Assembly (NCBI GenBank): GCA_052325505.1
Contig: JBKQUS010000136.1
Coordinates: 67,140 to 131,139 of the forward strand
Origin: Limisphaerales bacterium
Lineage (GTDB): Bacteria > Verrucomicrobiota > Verrucomicrobiia > Limisphaerales > Palsa-1400
Direction: 5' to 3'
DNA: 64,000 nucleotides
Part shown: positions 48,195 through 58,048 of the stretch, one piece after another
How the letters are laid out: the number at the start of each line of letters is the position of its first letter
Position numbering within the stretch: position 1 is the stretch's first letter
Notes under the pieces: generated by a model
Databases searched by the model: none
What the model was told of the DNA's origin: nothing
What the model saw: only the letters and a program-made list of their open reading frames with translations
Translations under genes and position numbers: made by a program

Positions 48195-48485
48195 ATGATT
48201 TCGAATGAACGCCCATCCCCTCAAGGGTATCGCTCTTACAGCGCGGGTCCGCCCAAACCGTCGGTCAATGAGGACACGCTGAAGACGGACAAGATCCAGA
48301 TTGAGCGGAAGACATTTATTTTCACTTTGAAGGAAAACCCCCGGGGCCGGTTTTTGCGCATTACCGAGGATGTGAATGGCCGCCGCGACAACGTCATTAT
48401 TCCGTCCACCGGTCTGGAGGATTTTCGGCGCATTGTTGATGAAATGACAAAGGCTTCCGCCGAAATCCCGATCAAGAGCGAATAG
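48195..48485 (+). CDS. PUR (Pur-alpha) family nucleic acid-binding protein
   Basis: IERKTFIFTLKENPRGRFLRITE...IIP..GLEDF. Confidence 0.85.
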   Translation: MISNERPSPQGYRSYSAGPPKPSVNEDTLKTDKIQIERKTFIFTLKENPRGRFLRITEDVNGRRDNVIIPSTGLEDFRRIVDEMTKASAEIPIKSE

Positions 48486-48499
48486 GGGATTTTACCCGG

Positions 48500-48892
48500 T
48501 TATTGGGAGGCCCGGGGGGACAATGGCCTTGCCGCCCGTTTCTTGGCCCGGCTCACCCCGGCGCGCGGGGCGTCACCCCAAAGACTTTCCAAATTGTACT
48601 TCTCCCGCACCTCCTCCCGCATGAGGTGGACGATGACGTCGAAGAAATCCAGCACCTGCCAGGCGGTGGCGGGGCCTCCTTCCACCCGGCGCGGGCGCAC
48701 TTGGTGATCTTCCCATAATTTGTCGGTTATCTCGCTGACAACGGCGCGCAGGTGAGGCTCGCTGCCGCCGGACGCGATGACGAAGTAGTCGGTGACTGAA
48801 GACAGTTTGCGGACGTCGAGGATGACGACGTTTTCGGCCTTTTTATTCTCCGCCAGCTTGCGGCACAACAGGGCCAGTTTCTTTGAATCCAT
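48500..48892 (-). CDS. rsfS: Ribosome silencing factor
   Basis: KKAE...LDV...DYFVIASG, W..LD..DVIVH, YNLESLW; downstream of nadD. Confidence 0.95.
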   Translation of the reverse strand: MDSKKLALLCRKLAENKKAENVVILDVRKLSSVTDYFVIASGGSEPHLRAVVSEITDKLWEDHQVRPRRVEGGPATAWQVLDFFDVIVHLMREEVREKYNLESLWGDAPRAGVSRAKKRAARPLSPRASQ

Positions 48893-48903
48893 TTTACTGA
48901 AGC

Positions 48904-49491
48904 CTAGCTCATTTGCCCGGAAAGATAAAGCCGATTATTTTTAACGGCTTCCGCCACCGCCGCCGGCGTCAAATGCGCGATGGCCAGTCCCGCCCGGCAC
49001 CTGGCCCGAATCTCGGACGAGGACACCGCCAGCGGAAAGCCGCGCAAGACCCGGGCGCGGAAGGGAGCGGCCAGCGGCGGCGCGTTCTCTCCGGGACGCG
49101 GAATGACCACGAATTCAACCAGGCGAGCCAGTTCCGGGGCTTCGCGCCAATGTGGCAATTGCGCCAACTGATCAGCGCCGACCAAATAAAACAATTCCGC
49201 CTCCGGAAATCTTATTCTGTACTGGCGCACGGTATCGATGGTATAGGAAACGCCGCCGCGCCGGATTTCCTGGTCATCGACTTCGGCTGTCGCATCGCCG
49301 GCCAGGGCCAGGCGCAGCAGCCTCAACCGTTCGGCGGCGGGGGCGGGCTGTGCATCGGGTTTGAAAGGCGATTGCGCGGCCAAAATGAAAAAGACCCGCG
49401 CCAGCCCCAGCTCTTCGCGCGCGGCCTGGGCCACAAGCAAATGCCCGAAATGCACCGGATCGAACGAGCCGCCAAATAAACCAATCTTCAT
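48904..49491 (-). CDS. nadD: Nicotinate-nucleotide adenylyltransferase
   Basis: GGSFDPVHFGH, SPFK, SYTIDT, GAD, SSSEIR. Confidence 0.95.
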   Translation of the reverse strand: MKIGLFGGSFDPVHFGHLLVAQAAREELGLARVFFILAAQSPFKPDAQPAPAAERLRLLRLALAGDATAEVDDQEIRRGGVSYTIDTVRQYRIRFPEAELFYLVGADQLAQLPHWREAPELARLVEFVVIPRPGENAPPLAAPFRARVLRGFPLAVSSSEIRARCRAGLAIAHLTPAAVAEAVKNNRLYLSGQMS

Positions 49492-49646
49492 TCGTAAAAT
49501 GAGATTATGGAGGACAGCGGGAGAATTCAACGTTTTAGCAGGCGGAAATCGCGCATTTTGCGTGAAAACGGGCCGGGGCGGGGATAAACAAGGCGTTCAA
49601 GACGGCGGAAGCCGCGATGGCATTGCCGATGCTGCGAATATTTGAC

Positions 49647-50579
49647 ATGAACACCAAAATGCCGCTCAGGCGTCCGCAAGGGATGACTTTGCTTGAATCG
49701 CTGGTGGTGATGGTGCTGTTGGCGATTCTAGTGGCCATGCTGGCGCCCGCTTTTTCGCCCGTGCATGCCAAATCTCCGAGAATATCTTGCATTAATAATC
49801 TGAAACAAATCGGGACCGCCTATCGAATCTGGGAGAACGACAATGGCGACAAATACCCAATGCAGCAGTCGGAGGCTTTTGGAGGAATGCAAGGCATTCT
49901 CTCCAACTCCATCAGCGCCGGGAGGTTCGCATATTTGCCTTACGCACTCATGGCCAATGAGATGGGCCAGTCGCCGAAGATTGTCGTTTGTCCAAGTGAT
50001 GAGCGAGCCTTCAATACGAACTTCTATTGGGGGCGACAGAACGCGCCGAAAGAAAGTGGGTACAAATGGCCTGCCGACGCTGCCTACGGCTCATTCGATA
50101 ATATCAACGTCTCCTATTTCTGTGGAGTTGGCGCCGACGACACGCATCCGCAATCGGTGTTGGGCGGCGACCGAAATCTGGGGAACGGTGGCGTAATCAA
50201 CGTGGCCGACGGAGATGTGCGCTCTCCGGAACAAGACCCATTCTACGGCATTTCAGGCACCACAGCGAATCCTGCATTCCCTTGCGGGGCGGATGCAATT
50301 GTCAATACCAATGGACAATGGTCGTTCTCTGTCGTTAGCGGGGGCGGCGGACGTGTCGGCAATCGCTCGCAGGCTGTCGCCTGGTCTGCAAAAATGCACT
50401 CTGGCGGAAATATTGCGGGCGCAGGCAACATCCTGTTGGGCGATGGCAGCGCGCAGCAATGCACCTCCACCAGCCTTCGCAAGACTTGGCTCAGATATGC
50501 AACCGATTCAGGAAATTTTGCCACGAATGACATCATTCACACCACTGCTAACGGGTCCATTCGCTTTATTTTCCCTTGA
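49647..50579 (+). CDS. Prepilin-type N-terminal cleavage/methylation protein (H-X9-DG-like family)
   Basis: QGMTLLESLVV, CINNLKQIG, CPSD, GDRN, MH...GAGNILLGDGS. Confidence 0.87.
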   Translation: MNTKMPLRRPQGMTLLESLVVMVLLAILVAMLAPAFSPVHAKSPRISCINNLKQIGTAYRIWENDNGDKYPMQQSEAFGGMQGILSNSISAGRFAYLPYALMANEMGQSPKIVVCPSDERAFNTNFYWGRQNAPKESGYKWPADAAYGSFDNINVSYFCGVGADDTHPQSVLGGDRNLGNGGVINVADGDVRSPEQDPFYGISGTTANPAFPCGADAIVNTNGQWSFSVVSGGGGRVGNRSQAVAWSAKMHSGGNIAGAGNILLGDGSAQQCTSTSLRKTWLRYATDSGNFATNDIIHTTANGSIRFIFP

Positions 50580-50644
50580 CCCTCAGACACTGCCTGTCCA
50601 TGGCCTGAATTGACTTTCAGTCGGAGGAGGTGCATTTTGATAAG

Positions 50645-52801
50645 ATGACTGGTTCCTGCCCTCTGAAACCATTTCCCTTCGTTGCAATTGTTCTCGCGTT
50701 GCTGGCCTCCATCAACCTGGTCCAGACCGCCCGGGCGCAGACCGTAATCGTGGACCAGTTCAATCCATCGGGCATCGGCGGCAATAATTATGCGGCCGGC
50801 CAAATCACCAACGTCTGGGGAAATTGGTTCGGGGATGCTTTTCAATCCCTGGCTTGGGATTCCACCAGCGACGCCAGCAATAATCCCGCCTCGGGTTCGA
50901 TGAAAATTACCGCCAATTTTGACGGTTCAGGTTCAATCCCGAACCAGTTTGAAGTCTTTGACGGCTTCAACGGCATCACGCCGGCGTTGAGCGCGTTGAT
51001 CTACTCAAACTTCGAATGCGACGTGCGGTTTGCGGCCGGCTCCGCCACCGTCAGCGTCAATGGCACAAGCATTTTTGGCCATCTGGAATTCGGGGTTGCC
51101 ACTCCCGGCTACGGCCAGGACTACTTCGGCAGCGTTGACGTGCCCGCCAGCAACACCAACTGGGTCCACGTCAGCATCCCCCTCAATGCCGCAGCCGACA
51201 CCAATTTGCTGAGTATCAACGATGTCCTCTTTCACATCTACGGACCTTATTACAGTCCCGGCCTGAGCGGCGTCTCAACCCTCTGGGTGGACAACATTGA
51301 GTTTACCGGTATCGCGTCGCCGCCCACCAATTGCATCGTGGATTGGAACAACGTCCATCAAAGAATCGATGGTTTTGGAGCATCATCGGCCTGGTTCGGA
51401 AATTGGACCACAGCGCAAGCCGACATGTTTTTCTCCACCAACAGCGGTGCCGGCGTTAGCCTGGATGGCACCACCAACTTCTCCTTCAACGGTGTAGATC
51501 TTTCCCTGCTGCGCAATCGCATCGCGCCCGGAGGAACCACCTGGGAACAGAGCATCATGCAGATGGCCCAGGCCAGGGGCGCAAAAGTGTGGAGCACACC
51601 CTGGAGTCCGGACACACCATTCAAAAGCAACACCAATGTGGAAGGCGGATATTTTGTGGGAACAGCGGCCAATTACCAGGCCTATGCCAATGAACAGGCC
51701 GGCTATGTGGCCAGCATGAAGAGGCAATACGGCGTCAATCTTTACGCCATATCAGTCCAGAACGAGCCGGATGCGGATGTGACCACTTATGAATCGTGCA
51801 ACTGGACCGCCCAGCAGATTCATGATTTTGTTCCCTATCTTTACAACGCGCTAGCGGCCAGCAACGTGGCTGCGACGAAAATCATGCTGCCCGAAAGCCA
51901 GAACTGGCAGGATTATTCCAATCTCGCCGTCACCGCCATGACCGATCCGAATGTCGCGGCGGATGTGGGCATTATCGCTGACCACAATTATGACGGCCCA
52001 AACGGGCCGGCAATATTGACGAAGAACAGTTACGGAAAGGCGCTGTGGGAAACGGAAATTTCCGCGTTCGGAACATTTGATGGCAGCATCACCAATGGCG
52101 TCTATATCGCGCAACGGATTTACCTGTTCATGACCCAGGCGCAAGCCAATGCCTGGCACTATTGGTGGCTGGTGTCGGGCAACTCTGACAACGAGGGGCT
52201 GACCGATACCAACGGGATTCCCACCATGCGGATGTACACTCTTGGCCAATACAGCCGCTTTGTCCGCCCGAATTTTTACCGCATCGACGCCAACGCGAAT
52301 TACAGCCCGCTTTTCATCAGCGCCTACAAGGATTCAACATCAACGGCCTTTGCCATTGTCGCCGTCAACACCGACCCGGCGACGGCCGTCAACCAGACGT
52401 TTAATCTGACCAATTTCACCGCCGCTTCGGTCACTCCATGGATTACGTCCGCTACTCAATCGCTGGCCAACCTGGCTCCTGTCGTCGTCACCAATTCTTC
52501 CTTTACCTACACGATGCCGGCCCTGAGTGTCGTGACCTTCGTCGGCCAGGCAACCCTGCCGCCGTCCACCATCACGATTTCGAACACTGCTCTCAATGGG
52601 ACCGGTTTTGTTCTCACTTGGAATTCAGTTGCTGGCGGATTCTACACTGTGCTCAAGACCAATGCCCTGGCCCATTCCGCAACCAATTGGTCTGCCATTA
52701 TCACTGGCTACCCGCCGGGAGGCGCATCGGGCGGTTCGCTTTCCTACACGGATTCTGCGGTGGCATTGGCCTCGAGTTTTTACCAGGTGCGCAGTCCATG
52801 A
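50645..52801 (+). CDS. Secreted GH30 glycoside hydrolase (xylanase-like) with N-terminal CBM-like and C-terminal beta domains
   Basis: Signal peptide; QRIDGFGAS, WSTPWSP, QNEPD, WETE, AWHYWW, GQYSRFVRP; start could be 50630. Confidence 0.87.
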   Translation: MTGSCPLKPFPFVAIVLALLASINLVQTARAQTVIVDQFNPSGIGGNNYAAGQITNVWGNWFGDAFQSLAWDSTSDASNNPASGSMKITANFDGSGSIPNQFEVFDGFNGITPALSALIYSNFECDVRFAAGSATVSVNGTSIFGHLEFGVATPGYGQDYFGSVDVPASNTNWVHVSIPLNAAADTNLLSINDVLFHIYGPYYSPGLSGVSTLWVDNIEFTGIASPPTNCIVDWNNVHQRIDGFGASSAWFGNWTTAQADMFFSTNSGAGVSLDGTTNFSFNGVDLSLLRNRIAPGGTTWEQSIMQMAQARGAKVWSTPWSPDTPFKSNTNVEGGYFVGTAANYQAYANEQAGYVASMKRQYGVNLYAISVQNEPDADVTTYESCNWTAQQIHDFVPYLYNALAASNVAATKIMLPESQNWQDYSNLAVTAMTDPNVAADVGIIADHNYDGPNGPAILTKNSYGKALWETEISAFGTFDGSITNGVYIAQRIYLFMTQAQANAWHYWWLVSGNSDNEGLTDTNGIPTMRMYTLGQYSRFVRPNFYRIDANANYSPLFISAYKDSTSTAFAIVAVNTDPATAVNQTFNLTNFTAASVTPWITSATQSLANLAPVVVTNSSFTYTMPALSVVTFVGQATLPPSTITISNTALNGTGFVLTWNSVAGGFYTVLKTNALAHSATNWSAIITGYPPGGASGGSLSYTDSAVALASSFYQVRSP

Positions 52802-52813
52802 CCGCGGCAAACA

Positions 52814-53857
52814 TCAAGCCGTCGGACCTGCCGCCAGCAACTCGTTCACCTTGGCCATCACCTCAAACGCGTCGGCCACATAAAGCACGTCGGCTTTGCC
52901 GCGCGCCCAGCCGCAGTTCGGGTCGAGGCTGATGGCGCGGCGCTCGCCGATGAAGCGCCAGCCCACCGTATGCGGCTCTTCGCCGTGGCAACAGGTGCTC
53001 AAACCCTTGGCGTGCCGCGGTGTTGCGCCGGTCTGGCCGATCTGGTTCAGATGCGAAAGGAACGGCAGAACCGCCTGTCCTTCGCCGCCCAAATCCACCA
53101 GCGATTTGCTGCTCCCCAGCGAAGCGCGCGTGGCCTTGAGAAAGCCCAGGATCAACTTCTCCGCCTCGGGAACGCGCGTCCGGCCATCCGCCTGTTTTTT
53201 CGTCCAACCCGCACCGGTGACGAACAGCAGTTGTGCGTCGGGACGGATGGTTTGCGCGTCAGCCTTCGGCTCCCGGATGCCAACCACTGTGGTGCGTTTG
53301 CCGGCATCGGCCAGATTGACCGGAACCAATTCAACCGTCGCCGTGCCCGCGCCGCATTCGCACGCCGTCTGGCTGCCGGGGTCGATGAGCATAAACCATG
53401 GACGCTGTGTCCTCGTCAATGTGGCTTCCATGCGTTGGCGGTAGCACCAGCGGTTGACCACAGGCTTCCCCTCTGCGTCGCCGACGCCGGTCACATGGCA
53501 ATCCACGCGACCGCCGAGCCGTTGCGCCACGCCGGGCAAAACGCGGTTCCATCGTGAAGTTGCCGGGGCGACCACCAGGGTGGCCTGCGCCGCTTTGCAG
53601 AGGGCTTCCGCCGCCGGCGCGTCAGTCGCATAGCGCGACTGGCCGAACTCCGCACCCGCCACGCCGAAATACTTCGTGGCGGGACAGGCGGCGATGGAAT
53701 CCGCCGCCGCTTGAACGCTTTCGCCGACCAGCCCCACGAACAGATTCGAACCGGCGATGGCTTTGTTCAAAGCGCGGGCGGCATGCAACGCTTCGCGGGC
53801 GGATTTGGCAAGGGAGCCGTCTGCTTCGACGTGTGCCAGAACAAGAATGGTTTCCAT
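52814..53857 (-). CDS. etfA: Electron transfer flavoprotein alpha subunit (atypical)
   Basis: ILVLAH, QIGQTG, ADVLYVADAFEV; follows etfB. Confidence 0.8.
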   Translation of the reverse strand: METILVLAHVEADGSLAKSAREALHAARALNKAIAGSNLFVGLVGESVQAAADSIAACPATKYFGVAGAEFGQSRYATDAPAAEALCKAAQATLVVAPATSRWNRVLPGVAQRLGGRVDCHVTGVGDAEGKPVVNRWCYRQRMEATLTRTQRPWFMLIDPGSQTACECGAGTATVELVPVNLADAGKRTTVVGIREPKADAQTIRPDAQLLFVTGAGWTKKQADGRTRVPEAEKLILGFLKATRASLGSSKSLVDLGGEGQAVLPFLSHLNQIGQTGATPRHAKGLSTCCHGEEPHTVGWRFIGERRAISLDPNCGWARGKADVLYVADAFEVMAKVNELLAAGPTA

Positions 53858-53887
53858 TTTAGTAAGGTTGTGACTTTGGCAGTTCAA

Positions 53888-54697
53888 TCATTTCCTAATC
53901 CACTCCACGATTTCCTTCGCGATGTCGCCAGGCGATTTGTCTTTGACGATTTGGGTCGCGCGAAGCTGTTTGGGCAGTGTCACGCTCACGAACGTCAACC
54001 CTTCGCCCGAAAGTTTCGCCGGCGCGGCCTTCTGCAATGCCGGCATGACGGCGCGCATATTGGCCATTCCGACCTGCGGATTGTTTTTCGGTTCGGGCAG
54101 ATTCCCGGTGGCCCACCCCAGCAACGCCGGCGGCCCGGCGCACCTCGACACCTGATGCCGTCCGCCTTCAATGCGCTCCAGAATTTCCAGCGTGCCGTCG
54201 GGGTTGATTTTCAATTCGTCCACGCCTTGAAACTGGTCCGCGATGCCCAGCCGTTCGCCCACCATCTGCATCGTGGCAGATGCGCCGCGTGAGGCGGATT
54301 CCCAGCCGCCGAAAACCAGCAGCCGGGATTTGTCCAGGCCGGGGATCGCCTGGATGGCCCCGGCCAGCGCGGCGGCAACTTCCGACGCCTCGGTGAATCC
54401 GCTGGCCGGACCGTCGAGCGCCACGAGTTCAAACGGCACTTTTTGCGCTACGGTCATCATCACCTGCTGGAGCTTGGCCTTCGGGCCGAGGCTGACGAGC
54501 CAGACCTTGCTGCCAGGCGCGTTCCGGGCCAGGTTCGCCGCCTCATAAAGCGCGTGGCCCGCCCACGGATCGAGGATGGCGGGCAGCATCATTTCATTCT
54601 TCAGCGCCGGACCGGTTGCGCCAGCCACCGGCTCGAGGGTTTGGAGCGGGTCCGGCACAATGCCGCCGCAGACAACAATTTGAAAAGCCATGCTCAT
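53888..54697 (-). CDS. etfB: Electron transfer flavoprotein beta subunit (atypical)
   Basis: IVVCGGIVPD, ALYEA, VSLGP, GGWES, ERIEGG. Confidence 0.8.
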   Translation of the reverse strand: MSMAFQIVVCGGIVPDPLQTLEPVAGATGPALKNEMMLPAILDPWAGHALYEAANLARNAPGSKVWLVSLGPKAKLQQVMMTVAQKVPFELVALDGPASGFTEASEVAAALAGAIQAIPGLDKSRLLVFGGWESASRGASATMQMVGERLGIADQFQGVDELKINPDGTLEILERIEGGRHQVSRCAGPPALLGWATGNLPEPKNNPQVGMANMRAVMPALQKAAPAKLSGEGLTFVSVTLPKQLRATQIVKDKSPGDIAKEIVEWIRK

Positions 54698-55308
54698 AAA
54701 ATTCCTTGCCGCGTAGCAGGTGGATAATGGCACGAGACGGTTTTCGCAACATCCACCAGCCATGCGGCGCGTTGTTGCGGCGTGCTGGTGATGACGACCG
54801 AAAACGTCCGGCGATAAACTTCGCGTACGCCGCAGAGGTCGAACACGCATTTCTTCCACAGACTTTCGAGTGGATCGCCGAAAGTCTCGCGCTCGCGGTC
54901 CTCCGGCGTGTTGGCGGTGTTGAAAACAATCGCCGACCTGGCCTTGAGCAGTCCGTCGGGCATGCCTTCGCCTTTGTCATTGGCCACAAACCGGTAGGCG
55001 ATTTCCATCCGCAACACGCGGTCGATCCAACCCTTCAAAATCGCCGGCGGCATGCCCCACCAGTTCGGATGCACGATGATAATGCCGTCGGCGCTGGTGA
55101 TTTCCTTGCAATGACCGGCGATGACAGGATCAAGCCTGGCATTGGCCTGCAATTCAGCAGCGGACAGCAGCGGCGGGAATTGTTCCTGATAAAGATCGTG
55201 GAGCAGGACGTTGTGGCCGTTCTTCCGAATAGCTTCCGCCGCCGTGTTGGCGATGGCGTGGTTGAAACTTCCGGGATTCGGATGAGCGAGGATGATCGAG
55301 ATGTTCAT
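54694..55308 (-). CDS. Flavodoxin-fold NAD(P)H dehydrogenase (quinone)
   Basis: AHPNPGSFN, DLY, P.WW.MPPAILKGWIDRV. Confidence 0.9.
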   Translation of the reverse strand: MNISIILAHPNPGSFNHAIANTAAEAIRKNGHNVLLHDLYQEQFPPLLSAAELQANARLDPVIAGHCKEITSADGIIIVHPNWWGMPPAILKGWIDRVLRMEIAYRFVANDKGEGMPDGLLKARSAIVFNTANTPEDRERETFGDPLESLWKKCVFDLCGVREVYRRTFSVVITSTPQQRAAWLVDVAKTVSCHYPPATRQGIL

Positions 55309-55373
55309 TAATTATCTATCTTTTCCGATCTTACAGGATAAGTAGCCAACCGTCCGAGCAAAAAATTTCCAAC

Positions 55374-57245
55374 TCAATTCTCCGCCGAGTGGAGGCCGCC
55401 TGTGCCGGCGCGGAAGGCGATGGTCATGCGTTCGGGGTTTTTGGGCGAGGCGGACGCGCAATTCCACAGGCACGCGCCGCAGTGAACGCATTTCTCGCGG
55501 TCAAAGGCAGGCAGGCCGTTTTCGCTGGGCGTGATGGCCTGGCCGGAACAGATTTCGACGCACAGCTTGGTGCCGCATCGCTCGCACTCCTCCGGAAAAA
55601 CAAATGCGACGTGATCGGCGTAACCGTGCGGCGCCTGCACTTTCCCGCCCATCAGCAATGCGTCCTGGTGCGAGACGAGCAGCTTGCCGTCGTACGGAAT
55701 CGCCGGCCAGCCGGCGCGTTCCATGAGCGCCGCGTGCGCCGAAACGCCCCGCGTGTAACAGTCGCGGCGAATCTCCCGCACCTCGCTGGCAGGGATGCGC
55801 CCGCGAAAATAATCTTCGATGGAGGGAATGCGTTCCCAGGGGCGCAACGGTTTGCCGGGCAGCACGAGCCGTCCGCCGCTCAACCCCGCCAGCGCCATGC
55901 CCACCAAGCCGGTGACAACGCCGCTTTGAAAACCATTGCGCGATTTTTCGGCGGCGCGGGCGTCCTGTTCCACCCAGCTCTCGCGGCGGCCCCGCACATA
56001 AGTCGCTTCGAGATTCTCCTTCGTGAAAGGTTTCTTCGCCTTGAGCAATTCGAGCACGGCCCCGGCCAGTTGCGCGCCGGTGGCCCAGGCCTCGTCCACG
56101 CCGGAGCCGGTGAGGACGTTGGTGCTGCCGCTGCCTTCGCCGATGCGCGCGTAGCCGTCGCCCGCCAGATGCGGTTCACCGCGCCGGCCGGATTCGCCCA
56201 GAGTCTTGGCGCCCCAGGACCGGAGCTTGCCGCCCTTGAGAAAATGCCAGAGATACGGGTGCATCATCCAATGCTGAAGGTAGCGGTAAGTCGTGCGCAC
56301 AGGGCTGTCGAACCACGACGGAACGAAGATGCCCAGCGACACGACACGGCCGGGATGCACATAGAGAAACCCGAAAATTTCCGGCTCGGGGTAGCCGAAG
56401 GTGTGCAGCACCGTGCCCGGTTTGAGCGGCGTGTCCTCCGGCAAATCCACCACGAATTTCATTCCCACGGCCCAGTCGCGCGCGTGATTGTTTTTGGGCA
56501 GGCCGAAATGCTCGTCGAGTTGCTGGCCGACAGGACCCACCGGCCCATCTCCGACGACCGTGAGCGCGGCATGAATGTCCATGCCCGGCGTGAAGCCCTC
56601 CGCGGGAGCGCCTTGCCTGTCCACGCCCTGATCGAGGAGCCGGACACCGACAACTTTGTTGCCCTCGATGAGCGCCTGCGAGACGGGCGTGCCGGGCCAG
56701 ATCTGGACCGTGCCAGTGCTTTGCACCTGCGCTCCGACCCATTGCATGAATTGCCCCATCGACAACACCAAACCGCCGTTTTTGTGGAGAAACCCGGGCG
56801 TCCACGGCAAGTCCAAAGCATCCCGCTCGAAGGGCAGCGCCCAGGTGAATGCGCGAATGAATTTGTCGGTCAGCCGCAGCAGACCCGAACGCCAGCTGGT
56901 GCCAACCGGATCGAGCAGGTAAAGCACTTTTTCGTCGCCGACCGGCGCGGCCATGGGGATGTTGGCCTTGTCGATGTCCGGAAGGCTCGCCCGCAATGCG
57001 CGGGCCTTGGTGACGATCCCGGAAACGCCGAAACCGATGTCGTCCGCGCGTTCGTAGCAAAGCACCTGGAGCGGCAGACCGGTCGCCACGGCGCTTTCCA
57101 GGGCGGGCGAGCCGTCAGGATTGGCCAGTTGTTTGGAGAGCGTGGACAGAAAACCCGCCGTCGCCGGACCGAACCCGACGCAAACGATGTCCGCATCCAT
57201 GCGCGGACGATCAATGGTCGGGGTTTCTGATGCTGGCTGCGACAT
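55374..57245 (-). CDS. ETF-quinone oxidoreductase/FixC-like flavoprotein with C-terminal 4Fe-4S domain
   Basis: VGFGPA FAD motif, WGAKTL.ESG, C-terminal CERC...CVEIC...CVHCGACLWNC. Confidence 0.87.
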   Translation of the reverse strand: MSQPASETPTIDRPRMDADIVCVGFGPATAGFLSTLSKQLANPDGSPALESAVATGLPLQVLCYERADDIGFGVSGIVTKARALRASLPDIDKANIPMAAPVGDEKVLYLLDPVGTSWRSGLLRLTDKFIRAFTWALPFERDALDLPWTPGFLHKNGGLVLSMGQFMQWVGAQVQSTGTVQIWPGTPVSQALIEGNKVVGVRLLDQGVDRQGAPAEGFTPGMDIHAALTVVGDGPVGPVGQQLDEHFGLPKNNHARDWAVGMKFVVDLPEDTPLKPGTVLHTFGYPEPEIFGFLYVHPGRVVSLGIFVPSWFDSPVRTTYRYLQHWMMHPYLWHFLKGGKLRSWGAKTLGESGRRGEPHLAGDGYARIGEGSGSTNVLTGSGVDEAWATGAQLAGAVLELLKAKKPFTKENLEATYVRGRRESWVEQDARAAEKSRNGFQSGVVTGLVGMALAGLSGGRLVLPGKPLRPWERIPSIEDYFRGRIPASEVREIRRDCYTRGVSAHAALMERAGWPAIPYDGKLLVSHQDALLMGGKVQAPHGYADHVAFVFPEECERCGTKLCVEICSGQAITPSENGLPAFDREKCVHCGACLWNCASASPKNPERMTIAFRAGTGGLHSAEN

Positions 57246-57265
57246 TTTTGCGAGTTTATTTCAGG

Positions 57266-57862
57266 TCATTTCCCGGCGAGCCGGCGTGCGAACGGTTTTG
57301 CCCGGATTCCGTCGTGAACATGAAATCCAATTTCCCGGCGTTTCGGTTCGGGTTGGGGTGGCAGCGGCTCCATAAGCTTTTTGATTTCGTCCAGGATGTG
57401 GACGATGGCTTTTTCGTGGACGTCCAACCGTCCCGTCAACCGCTGCTCCAACTCCGCAAGTTTCTCCGCCAGTCGCCCATTCTGCGTCAGCACCTCGCGC
57501 ATTTTCACGAATGCCCGCACGACGAACACACTCATCTGAACCGCGCGCGGACTGTTCAGGACACTCGCCGCCATGATAGCGCCGTGTTCGGTGAAGGCCA
57601 GAGGGAGTTTCCGCCGTCCGCCTCGTCCTTTCTTTGATGTTGCAATTTGCAACATCAAACCGGCGAACTCGTCCGCCGTGAGTTGAAGAACAAAGTCTTC
57701 GGGGAAGCGATCTGCGTTGCGTTTCACCTGCTGATTAAGCCGTGTCGTGGTCACCCCATAAACTCTTGCCAGATCAGTATCCAAAATGACTCTCTGATCA
57801 CGAATGATCCGAATGAAGTGTTCGACGGGCTGCCGGGGTATCATGGACATATTGGTTTTCAT
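57266..57862 (-). CDS. ORF6N-domain DNA-binding protein
   Basis: IRDQRVILD.DLA.VYGV.T..LNQQVKRN..RFPEDF, GGRRKLP.AFTEHG..M.A.VLNS..A, terminal IGF. Confidence 0.92.
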   Translation of the reverse strand: MKTNMSMIPRQPVEHFIRIIRDQRVILDTDLARVYGVTTTRLNQQVKRNADRFPEDFVLQLTADEFAGLMLQIATSKKGRGGRRKLPLAFTEHGAIMAASVLNSPRAVQMSVFVVRAFVKMREVLTQNGRLAEKLAELEQRLTGRLDVHEKAIVHILDEIKKLMEPLPPQPEPKRREIGFHVHDGIRAKPFARRLAGK

Positions 57863-57916
57863 GTGGTCGCGACCGGATTAGAAAACGCAAATTCCTGTTG
57901 AAAAGGGGGTTGAGCG

Positions 57917-57943
57917 TATGAGGTCGCAATTTGCGACCGCATA
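57917..57943. promoter_or_regulatory. 27-bp palindrome upstream of the ORF6N gene (candidate operator)
   Basis: TATGAGGTCGCAA-T-TTGCGACCGCATA, one mismatch. Confidence 0.55.
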
Positions 57944-58048
57944 TCATAAGTCGCGCCAAATGCGACGCGAACGATCTCCGCGTCCATGCGCGGACGGTCA
58001 AAATCAGGCTTGTCACTCATCGTGGAGTATCGAGTGTGGCACGGTGTT

